Assembly: GCA_964513345.1 (NCBI GenBank)
Contig: CAZELY010000002.1
Span: 13,578-77,577 of the forward strand
Reading direction: 5' to 3'
Origin: an uncultured Muribaculaceae bacterium
GTDB taxonomy: Bacteria; Bacillota_I; Bacilli_A; RF39; UBA660
Length of the DNA: 64,000 bases
In this document: piece by piece, positions 27,734-35,850 of the stretch
How the letters are laid out: the number at the start of each line of letters is the position of its first letter
How positions within the stretch are numbered: position 1 is the stretch's first letter
Position numbers and translations under genes: made by a program
The notes under the pieces: model-generated
What the model was told of the DNA's origin: nothing
The model's database searches: none
What the model saw: the letters and a program-made list of their open reading frames with translations, nothing else

Positions 27734-28726
27734 ATGAATAGCAAGACGTTAAAGACATTGTTTATGTGTTTAGTATTATTTTTTAGTATATTCTTTATCA
27801 ATACCGGCCACATTATAGCCGATTCTGGAGGTACTGGAATGGCAGATGATACGGCTAGAAATAAAGGAACCGATAGAAATAAAACCAATAATTCTGGCGA
27901 AACTACTACGACGTCTGATGCCCATGGGTCAACAAATAGTGGGGTTTGTTACTATGAGTGGAACGTTGATGGTGACCCATATTTATTACAAATAACGTTT
28001 ATGAAATCATCTCAGAGTTATAAATCCTTTAAGGCGGTTACAAAATTTGAAAACAAAAAAACAAAATCAGCCGCAAAAATCACCAATTTTAGTGATATTT
28101 TTTCTGCTTACAATATTGGTGCCCATTGGGTTCCATATTTAACGAATGCTGGAACCGGCGGCGATTGTTTAACTGATGCATTATACAAAAAAGATACTGG
28201 AGGCTGTGGAAGTATAACCTGGAATTGTCCGGACAGTGTATTCTATAAATATGAAGGGGACAATAAGTTTAGCTTACATTATACAGAAAAAGAAGGGTAT
28301 ACAAATGGCGATTGGACATCTGAATATAAGGCATCTGACGAGGCTAAAGATATATATGGTAATGATGAAGATTGGGATCAAACGGAAGATGAAAAATCCA
28401 AAGCTGGCTGGGATATAAATATATCCGATATCGCCTTTGATGATTATTCTCAGAATGCTGGCGACAAGGATTGTGGTCTAATCCCCAATTCAATAATTAA
28501 ATTTTTGAACAATTTATTTTTAATTATTCAAGTGATAGGCATTTTATTATTAGTTGTTTTAACGATAGTAGAATTTGTCAAAGTAATAACCACGGCAGCT
28601 GAAGATGGTTTAGGTGGAGCAATTAAAAACACTTTCAGAAGAATAATAATGGTTATCTTATTGTTGATAATTAGACCTTTGATTATATGGATATTAGGTT
28701 TAATAAGCGTTCGAAGTTGCATGTGA
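27734..28726 (+). CDS. secreted variable-ectodomain protein fused to a VirB2-like C-terminal hairpin (cassette B)
   Basis: Signal peptide MNSKTLKTLFMCLVLFFSIFFINTGHIIA, a unique ectodomain, and the conserved C-terminal module from DCGLIPNSII to RSCM. Confidence 0.65.
   Translation: MNSKTLKTLFMCLVLFFSIFFINTGHIIADSGGTGMADDTARNKGTDRNKTNNSGETTTTSDAHGSTNSGVCYYEWNVDGDPYLLQITFMKSSQSYKSFKAVTKFENKKTKSAAKITNFSDIFSAYNIGAHWVPYLTNAGTGGDCLTDALYKKDTGGCGSITWNCPDSVFYKYEGDNKFSLHYTEKEGYTNGDWTSEYKASDEAKDIYGNDEDWDQTEDEKSKAGWDINISDIAFDDYSQNAGDKDCGLIPNSIIKFLNNLFLIIQVIGILLLVVLTIVEFVKVITTAAEDGLGGAIKNTFRRIIMVILLLIIRPLIIWILGLISVRSCM
28469..28726 (+). repeat. conserved 3-prime module, copy B
   Basis: Positions 28491-28637 match 29326-29472 with a single mismatch by eye. 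Many synonymous and non-synonymous differences appear after that point. Confidence 0.85.
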
Positions 28727-28785
28727 AAAACAACAATAAATTTCTTGCTAAAAAAAGGCAATAAAACTTTAATATTGCTTTTTTT

Positions 28786-28796
28786 TATGATATAAT
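28786..28796 (+). promoter_or_regulatory. extended -10 promoter of cassette C
   Basis: TATGATATAAT preceded by a hairpin and T-run. It sits in the same 27-nt context as cassette B. Confidence 0.55.
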
Positions 28797-28832
28797 ATAT
28801 TTGTAAAAAAGTATACTAGGAGAGTGTGTCCT

Positions 28833-29561
28833 ATGCATAAGAAAAACATAAAACTATTGATTGTGGGTTTTTTATTGGTTTTCGGGACTTTTTTTGTGAA
28901 TTTTGATAGTGTTAGTGCCGAAAAATGCACTTCCTATGGTAACAAAACTGAAGCTATATGTGAATCACATCAAGAAAATGGATATATGTGTAAATGGAAT
29001 TCTAGCGCAAAAGGTGGCGGACGATGCAAAAAGAGTCGCCAACCTGCACCTGCACTTAAGGAATCAGTGAAAAGTTGCACTGAAATTAAATCATCAAATG
29101 TTTGTAGCAACAGCATAGTTGATGGAAAAGAATGCATTTGGAGACAAGGAGCCTGCTATGCGACTGAAGATGATGGGACTGACAAAACTATTATTGCTGG
29201 TAGTCGTGAAGAGAGACATAGTGAAGAAGTTAAATTGGATAGCATTACGATAGACCAAATAACGACGGCATATAGTGTCACAGATGCAGATCCCGGTGAT
29301 ACGGATTGCGGTTTAATTCCCGATTCAATAATTAAATTTTTGAACAATTTATTTTTAATTATTCAAGTAATAGGCATTTTATTATTAGTTGTTTTAACGA
29401 TAGTAGAATTTGTCAAAGTAATAACCACGGCAGCTGAAGATGGTTTAGGTGGAGCAATTAAAAACACTTTTAGAAGAATTATTATGGTCGTTTTACTATT
29501 AATACTTCGACCGTTAATCATGTGGATACTTAATTTAATAGATTTAAGTGACTGTATGTAA
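28833..29561 (+). CDS. secreted variable-ectodomain protein fused to a VirB2-like C-terminal hairpin (cassette C)
   Basis: I prefer the ATG at 28833 (GGAG RBS) over the track start at 28824. Signal peptide ...NFDSVSA/EK, a short Cys-rich unique ectodomain, and the conserved C-terminal module ending SDCM. Confidence 0.65.
   Translation: MHKKNIKLLIVGFLLVFGTFFVNFDSVSAEKCTSYGNKTEAICESHQENGYMCKWNSSAKGGGRCKKSRQPAPALKESVKSCTEIKSSNVCSNSIVDGKECIWRQGACYATEDDGTDKTIIAGSREERHSEEVKLDSITIDQITTAYSVTDADPGDTDCGLIPDSIIKFLNNLFLIIQVIGILLLVVLTIVEFVKVITTAAEDGLGGAIKNTFRRIIMVVLLLILRPLIMWILNLIDLSDCM
29304..29561 (+). repeat. conserved 3-prime module, copy C
   Basis: See copy B. Confidence 0.85.
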
Positions 29562-29578
29562 AACAAGGAGGTAGAAAG

Positions 29579-31807
29579 ATGGCATTATTATGGGAAGCTC
29601 TTAGACAGGTAGCATTTCTTTTAGATAAAGTTGCGTATGGGTTTATACCTGCCGTTTACGAGTTGATATTCTATTTGGCAAATGTAAATCTAGCAAATCA
29701 AGATATTTTTGTAGCAATTATTGAGAGAATATATCTTTTGCTTGGTATTTTTATGCTATTTAGAGTTAGTTTTTCAATATTACAATATATTGTTGATCCT
29801 GGTTCATTTAGTGATAAATCTAAAGGATTTGGTAAATTGGTTACTAATACATTAGTAGTAATTATTCTTTTGGCAGCAACACCATGGATATTTAGTACAG
29901 CTTACGATTTGCAAAACAAAATAATAATGAGTAACGTTATACCAAGATTAATACTGGGTGATACCAGTTATGTTGATAATTCCGGTATGACAGCTGATAG
30001 TATTAATAAGGATGCAATCAAAGATCAACAAGCTAGCGTTCATTCGATGGCTGTAGATCTTCAGTTCGCTATATATGGCGCTTTCTTCACGTTAAATGTC
30101 GATCCTGGCAATAAAGCTGGCTATGAAGATACTTTATGTGATCCAAAGAAACTTGAAAAGGACGGAACTCCACATCCAAATGCAAATGCCTTTGGTTCAA
30201 AAGATATGGTTGATTCTGGATGTTTAGGCGAGATAGAAGAAGATCTATCAAAGGAATTAACTAGTCATGGTGCTAAATTGAGTGGCTTATACAAATATTA
30301 TGATGCCGATGATGAAGATAGCAATAGTGAAGGAATAGTGGATCACCGTGATTTTAATACATTTGGTAGTTTGCTATGGTGGCGAAAAAATGGAGGCGAT
30401 GGGCTTTCAGATTTTACAATTAATTATATGCCAATTGTTTCAGCATTTGTTGGAATATATTTATTGTTTTTATTAATAGCATTTGCTATTGATATTGCTG
30501 TTCGTGTATTCAAACTTATGTTTTTACAAGCAGTTGCCCCAATAGCTATAGTATCTTATATAGATCCAAAAGAAAGTGCTTCGAACGGAAGACTTCATAA
30601 TTGGGGAATGGAATGCTTAAGGACATATTTTTCATTGTTCTTACGACTTGCAATCATTTATTTGGCGATATTCCTAGTAAAATTATTAATATCAGTGTTT
30701 ATTGATACAGCACTAGAAGGACAATCAACTATGTACTACAATGGAATAGCACCAGAAGGAAATTTAAATATATTTGTATTTATCATGTTAGTTCTTGGTA
30801 TATTCACATTTGCTAAAAAAGTTCCACAAATGATTGAAGGTATCTTTGGAATCAAGATGAGTGGTGAATTAAGTTTAAATCCATTAAAAGCAATAGGGGG
30901 TAATGCTGGTGTAAAATTAGGATTGGGTGCCGCTGGAATTGCTGCTACGGGAGTCGCAGCCGGTCTTGGAACCGCAGCAGCATCTGCATATAAAGCTAAA
31001 CATGATTTAGGTCAGACAGCTCCTCGTGCGGCATTGAGTGCTTTAGGTGGTATGTTTGTTGGTGCCGGAAGAGGTGTAGTTGGTGGAGTGAAAGGTAAAG
31101 GTAAATTTTCTATGTCAGCAGTTCAAAATTCGGCAGGACGCTCAATGCGTAACATGGATGTAAGAAGCAAAACTCAAGGATGGTCCGGTGCACCAGCTAG
31201 AGTAGCAGATAGAGTTCGTTATTCAATTGGTGCCGCAAGTGATTATGAAACTCTAGAACTGAATGCATCTATGCATGATAATACCGCTGCTAAATTTAAA
31301 GCAGTTCAAGATAGAGTAAGTAGTGAAGTAGCTACAACTGGTGCTGGCAAATATCTTGCTGAATATCGAAAACGAGCTGATAAAATGGCTGCGGAAGGAC
31401 GTATTGATGATGCAATGGAAATGAGGAGACAGGCAGACGCTGCTGAAAGAGCACTGCGTGATGAGTATATTAGCTATAATGGACGATATTTTAATGCTGA
31501 TGCAATAACTAATGGAACCTTTAATGCTGATGGAACGTTTACACTTAAAGGCTCATATGATTACGACAAAGATGGAAATGATTTGGTACTACAAACAGCA
31601 AAACAAGCTGCCAGTGTAGCATATAAAGAAAGTACACACAATGATCTTGATGCAACCGCATTCATCACTTATAAAAGCGCCGGTGATGTTAAGAAGTCTG
31701 CTGAGCAGGAAGCAGCTGGAATTCGTTCAACCAGAGAATATAATGATGCTAAAGACCGACACGAAAATATTCAAGCACAAGCTAAACAAGGACATATTAA
31801 AAGATAA
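29579..31807 (+). CDS. VirB6/TrbL-like polytopic T4SS channel protein with Gly/Ala-rich segment and coiled-coil tail
   Basis: 742 aa with at least 6 TM helices and a large loop after TM3. It has the segment GGNAGVKLGLGAAGIAATGVAAGLGTAAASAY and a charged C-terminal tail. It lies between the pilin-like genes and VirB3/VirB4. The assignment rests on architecture and context. Confidence 0.6.
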   Translation: MALLWEALRQVAFLLDKVAYGFIPAVYELIFYLANVNLANQDIFVAIIERIYLLLGIFMLFRVSFSILQYIVDPGSFSDKSKGFGKLVTNTLVVIILLAATPWIFSTAYDLQNKIIMSNVIPRLILGDTSYVDNSGMTADSINKDAIKDQQASVHSMAVDLQFAIYGAFFTLNVDPGNKAGYEDTLCDPKKLEKDGTPHPNANAFGSKDMVDSGCLGEIEEDLSKELTSHGAKLSGLYKYYDADDEDSNSEGIVDHRDFNTFGSLLWWRKNGGDGLSDFTINYMPIVSAFVGIYLLFLLIAFAIDIAVRVFKLMFLQAVAPIAIVSYIDPKESASNGRLHNWGMECLRTYFSLFLRLAIIYLAIFLVKLLISVFIDTALEGQSTMYYNGIAPEGNLNIFVFIMLVLGIFTFAKKVPQMIEGIFGIKMSGELSLNPLKAIGGNAGVKLGLGAAGIAATGVAAGLGTAAASAYKAKHDLGQTAPRAALSALGGMFVGAGRGVVGGVKGKGKFSMSAVQNSAGRSMRNMDVRSKTQGWSGAPARVADRVRYSIGAASDYETLELNASMHDNTAAKFKAVQDRVSSEVATTGAGKYLAEYRKRADKMAAEGRIDDAMEMRRQADAAERALRDEYISYNGRYFNADAITNGTFNADGTFTLKGSYDYDKDGNDLVLQTAKQAASVAYKESTHNDLDATAFITYKSAGDVKKSAEQEAAGIRSTREYNDAKDRHENIQAQAKQGHIKR

Positions 31808-31824
31808 TAAAAGGAGGCTAAAAA

Positions 31825-32139
31825 ATGGACTATTTAATACCGGCAAACTCGAAGAAATCTTTACTGATTTTTGGGTTATTTACGGAATTTGACTTAATAT
31901 TATTTGGTACGGGAGTGGGAGCAACAATATTATTATTGCTGCTCATTAGTCCGTCCACACTGCTGGGTGCAGTCATTGATTTAGCCCCTGGCTTAATCAC
32001 AGGATTTTTGGTATTACCGATACCAAATTATCACAATTCATTAACACTAATAAAAGAAGTATATACATTTTATACAAGAAGGCAAAGATTTGTATGGAAA
32101 GGGTGGTGCGTGAAAGATGGCTTCAAAGACACAAAATAG
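31825..32139 (+). CDS. PrgI/VirB3-like small T4SS membrane protein
   Basis: 104 aa. MDYLIPANSKKSLLIFGLFTEFDLILFGTGVGATILLLLL plus a second TM helix. It lies directly upstream of VirB4. Confidence 0.55.
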   Translation: MDYLIPANSKKSLLIFGLFTEFDLILFGTGVGATILLLLLISPSTLLGAVIDLAPGLITGFLVLPIPNYHNSLTLIKEVYTFYTRRQRFVWKGWCVKDGFKDTK

Positions 32140-32668
32140 AAGTAAATACACTAGCGATTTTGTTCCGGTAAAAGCAATAACAAACGGAATGATAATTTTA
32201 GATAATAATGAGAAGGTAACAGGAGTAAAAATATTTCCAAGAAACATTGGTATATTAGAAGCTGATTTACAATATTCAATTATTAATAATTTAAGAAATG
32301 TTTATAACATGATTGATTATGAATTTTGGATAATTGCGGCTGATCGACCTGTTGATATTACGGCTTACCTATCACAATTACAACTTCTTTATAATTCGCA
32401 GCAAAATCCAATTAAAAGAAAATTAATCGTTGAGGATATAGAAAAAGCAAATATGTTTACAAATAATAATGTTGTTGATACTGAATTTTACTTGTTATTT
32501 AAAGATACAGATCCAGAAAGAATTAATAAAAGAATAAGAAATTTAATTCAATCTTTTGCAGCAGCTGGATTAAATACAAAACAAACATCAAATGAAGATT
32601 TAAGAGTTATTTTGGATAATTTCTTAAACGGTGGACAAACTACTAAATTTGGGGCGGTGATGAGCTAA
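32117..32668 (+). CDS. VirB4 N-terminal domain encoded as a separate ORF
   Basis: 183 aa. SDFVPVKAITNGMIILDNNEKVTGVKIFPRNIGIL... resembles the N-terminus of Firmicute VirB4/TraE-type ATPases. Its stop overlaps the next ATG (TAATG). Confidence 0.55.
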   Translation: MASKTQNRSKYTSDFVPVKAITNGMIILDNNEKVTGVKIFPRNIGILEADLQYSIINNLRNVYNMIDYEFWIIAADRPVDITAYLSQLQLLYNSQQNPIKRKLIVEDIEKANMFTNNNVVDTEFYLLFKDTDPERINKRIRNLIQSFAAAGLNTKQTSNEDLRVILDNFLNGGQTTKFGAVMS

Positions 32669-34452
32669 TGGATATAAAGTCACAAATTGCTCCTAAGGGG
32701 CTAGAATTTAGACCAAGTGAATTTGTTGTATCTGATAAGTATGCGACAATTTTAACTGCTATATCTTATCCTAAATATGTTCCAGTTGGATTTTTATCTA
32801 ACTTAACAAGTATGAGTGGTATCAAAATGGTAATTAAACATATACCAATGCAATTTGATGTTATTACAAAAATGATTAATAAAGAAGTTGCTGATTTAAA
32901 AATGCGTTATCAAGAAGAACACGATATTACTATTCAAGAACGTATTCGTCAGGACTATGAATCTTTAGAACAATTTATTAAGCAATTAGCAGCTTCACAA
33001 ACAAAAATATATGACTTTCAATTACATGTCATGATTACAGCTGATTCTATGGATGAGCTTACAAGTAAAAAATTACAATTAAAAGGTTATTTGGAAGCTA
33101 TGGATATTAGAGCGATCCCTCTTCGTTTTGAGCAGGAAAAAGTTCTAAAATCAATGTTACCAATTTTCCCTAAACAAGATATCGAAGATCGAATTGGTAC
33201 GCCGATTCCAGCTTCGACTATTGCGGCAACTTATCCATTTGTATTTGACAGTATCAAAGACCCAGGGTTATCTACGTTATTAGGTGTAGACTTTTCTGGA
33301 GGAGTTGTATTATTTAACCAATTCTTATATCAAATACAAAAGGAACATAATCGTAACAACGCTAATATGATTATTTTAGGTACGTCTGGTTCTGGTAAAT
33401 CAACAGCAGCTAAATTGATGGTTAGATCACATATTAGAAATGATCATCAAATAGTTATTATCGATCCAGAAGGCGAATTTGAAGATATGACTAGATTATA
33501 TGGTGGAGATTATATCGACCTTGGAAAAGGTGGAGAATTTGGTATGATCAATCCATTAGAAGTTATTGTCGATGCCGATGAAGAAGAAATTAAGCAAGGT
33601 CAAGGATATGCTGTTTTAACAAGAACATTACAAACAATTAAAGCCTTTATGAAATATTATGATCCATCTATTACTGAAGATGTATTAAATGTCTTTAGTG
33701 AAATGGTTCAAGAAACATATCGAAGATTTGGCGTGGATTTTGAAACAGATTTTACTAAACTTAAATCACAAGATTATCCAACATTTAAAGACGTTTATGC
33801 AACAGTTAAAGGTAAAATCACAGCTATGCCAGATCAAAATAAAGAACGCGATATTTTAGAACAGCTTGAATTAAAATTAAGACCAATAATTAAAGAATTA
33901 AGATATTATTTTGATGGAACAACAACGATTTCACCAAAGAGTAATTTTATAGTGTTCAATATTAAAGAATTAATGAATGCTGATTTAAATATTAGAAATG
34001 CACTTTTCTTTAATACATTGAAATATTCATGGAGTTTAACATTAAATCCTAGTATTAATACAGTACTTATGGTAGATGAGGCTCACGTACTACTTTCAGG
34101 AAACAATACTTTAGGTGCTGATTTCTTGGCACAAGTTCAAAGACGTGCACGTAAGTACAATACAGGAACAATTATTATTACACAACAACCAACAGATTTT
34201 AGTGATCCAAAAGTTATTACGCAAGGTAAAGCGATTTTTGATAACTCTTCATATTATCTTGTTATGGGACTTAGGAAACAAGCTGTTGAGGATTTAAGTA
34301 AATTAATTGATTTAAATGATAACGAAAGAGAAAATATTAAACAATTTACACAAGGTGAAGCATTATTTGTCTGCGGCAGCAAACGTATGACAATTAATGT
34401 TCAAGTTACCGAACAAGAACTAGATTCCTTCGGAAGTGGAGGCGGACTATAA
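32668..34452 (+). CDS. virB4: VirB4-like T4SS ATPase (ATPase core)
   Basis: Walker A GTSGSGKST and Walker B VLMVDEAH, plus the arginine-rich region RRARKYNTGTIIITQQPTDF. 594 aa. Confidence 0.8.
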   Translation: MDIKSQIAPKGLEFRPSEFVVSDKYATILTAISYPKYVPVGFLSNLTSMSGIKMVIKHIPMQFDVITKMINKEVADLKMRYQEEHDITIQERIRQDYESLEQFIKQLAASQTKIYDFQLHVMITADSMDELTSKKLQLKGYLEAMDIRAIPLRFEQEKVLKSMLPIFPKQDIEDRIGTPIPASTIAATYPFVFDSIKDPGLSTLLGVDFSGGVVLFNQFLYQIQKEHNRNNANMIILGTSGSGKSTAAKLMVRSHIRNDHQIVIIDPEGEFEDMTRLYGGDYIDLGKGGEFGMINPLEVIVDADEEEIKQGQGYAVLTRTLQTIKAFMKYYDPSITEDVLNVFSEMVQETYRRFGVDFETDFTKLKSQDYPTFKDVYATVKGKITAMPDQNKERDILEQLELKLRPIIKELRYYFDGTTTISPKSNFIVFNIKELMNADLNIRNALFFNTLKYSWSLTLNPSINTVLMVDEAHVLLSGNNTLGADFLAQVQRRARKYNTGTIIITQQPTDFSDPKVITQGKAIFDNSSYYLVMGLRKQAVEDLSKLIDLNDNERENIKQFTQGEALFVCGSKRMTINVQVTEQELDSFGSGGGL

Positions 34453-34471
34453 AAGGTTAGGTGGTGATTAG

Positions 34472-35143
34472 ATGTGGGGTAAAATAGCATCAGTAGCTAA
34501 AAAATTCGCAGTTGATAAAGCAAAAAATGCAGTTAAAGATAAAGCAATAGAAGAAGCCAATACAAAAGGTATAGGCAAGGTTTTAGCAACCATGGGAATG
34601 GCTGGAGTTGCCGCTGTTGCTGTTGTTCCAATTGCTGTGATTTTGCTTTTAATTGCCCCGCTTCTTGTTATTCATCAATCTTTTAGCTCAATTTTTATTA
34701 TCCAAGGATTAGATAAAGCTTATGCTGATACGGGGAAAAGTGCGTCAGTTTCATCGGCTTCTTCAGTAGTAGAATGTGCAAAAGAACAGATAGGAAAACC
34801 TTATATTTGGGGTGCCGAAGGACCTGATTCTTTTGATTGTTCAGGGTTAGTTACTTATTGCTATAGAGAAGCGTTAGGTGTTAATGTACCACACCAAACA
34901 GGCTCAATTTACACAAGCCCATTATTTGAACAAGTCACTTTTTCTGAACTTGCTGCTGGCGATTTAATTCAATTTGGCGGATCTAATCTAACAGGTCACG
35001 TAGGCATTTATACTGGTGAAAACACGGTTATTGAAGCTCCTGGGTGGATTGTGCCAGGTTGGGGTAATAATGTAGTAGAAACACCCGTTGAAAATTTTAC
35101 TAATAGTAATGCGGGACCATATTATTTAAAATATGTTGGATAA
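34472..35143 (+). CDS. membrane-anchored NlpC/P60 peptidoglycan endopeptidase
   Basis: TM helix followed by GKPYIWGAEGPDSFDCSGLV (catalytic Cys) and GHVGIYTGENTVIEAP (His). Confidence 0.8.
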   Translation: MWGKIASVAKKFAVDKAKNAVKDKAIEEANTKGIGKVLATMGMAGVAAVAVVPIAVILLLIAPLLVIHQSFSSIFIIQGLDKAYADTGKSASVSSASSVVECAKEQIGKPYIWGAEGPDSFDCSGLVTYCYREALGVNVPHQTGSIYTSPLFEQVTFSELAAGDLIQFGGSNLTGHVGIYTGENTVIEAPGWIVPGWGNNVVETPVENFTNSNAGPYYLKYVG

Positions 35144-35158
35144 AATGGGGTGTCTTAT

Positions 35159-35836
35159 ATGAAACGAATATTTTTAATAGCACTTTTGTTTGTTATTACA
35201 GGATGCACTGTTGATTATGATTTAAATATTGATAGTGATTATATAGATGAAAAAGCAAATATCAATTTATTGGATGATGATTTTTCTGATTCCGCTGAAG
35301 TTGAAGAACAGTTAGATTACAAAAAAAGAGTTTATAATGATAATAATTTTTATTACAACAACAAAGTATTAGCAACAGCTGATGGTTATGAGGCTACATA
35401 TAGTTACAAGCATGACGTTGATAACTATGGTCAATCGTCATTTGTTGAAAAATGCTATGGCCAAAAAACTATTACAACTACAGATGATTTAATTAAGATA
35501 AATACTAATCCAGTATTCTATTGTCTAATTATGGAAGATGGATTTTATGCTGATGCAGTAGATATAAATATTACTACGCAATTAAAAGTTCAAGACCATA
35601 ATGCTGATGAAGTAATTGGCAATACATATAAATGGCACATTGATGAAAGCAATTATCAAAACAAACCAATAAACATGGTTTTGAAAAAAGATAAAACGGC
35701 ACAAGAAATTGCACAAAATATTGTTGATAAAATACCAAATAAAGAAATAATATATGTTTGTTTATTTATATTGCTAATGACAGTAATTATTTATGTGTTT
35801 GTAAAGCATAGACAAAAAATTAAGAATGAAATTTAA
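35159..35836 (+). CDS. lipoprotein with C-terminal TM, unknown function
   Basis: I prefer the ATG at 35159. Lipobox MKRIFLIALLFVITG/C and a C-terminal helix IIYVCLFILLMTVIIYVFV. Confidence 0.55.
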   Translation: MKRIFLIALLFVITGCTVDYDLNIDSDYIDEKANINLLDDDFSDSAEVEEQLDYKKRVYNDNNFYYNNKVLATADGYEATYSYKHDVDNYGQSSFVEKCYGQKTITTTDDLIKINTNPVFYCLIMEDGFYADAVDINITTQLKVQDHNADEVIGNTYKWHIDESNYQNKPINMVLKKDKTAQEIAQNIVDKIPNKEIIYVCLFILLMTVIIYVFVKHRQKIKNEI

Positions 35837-35850
35837 AGGCGGTGATAAAA

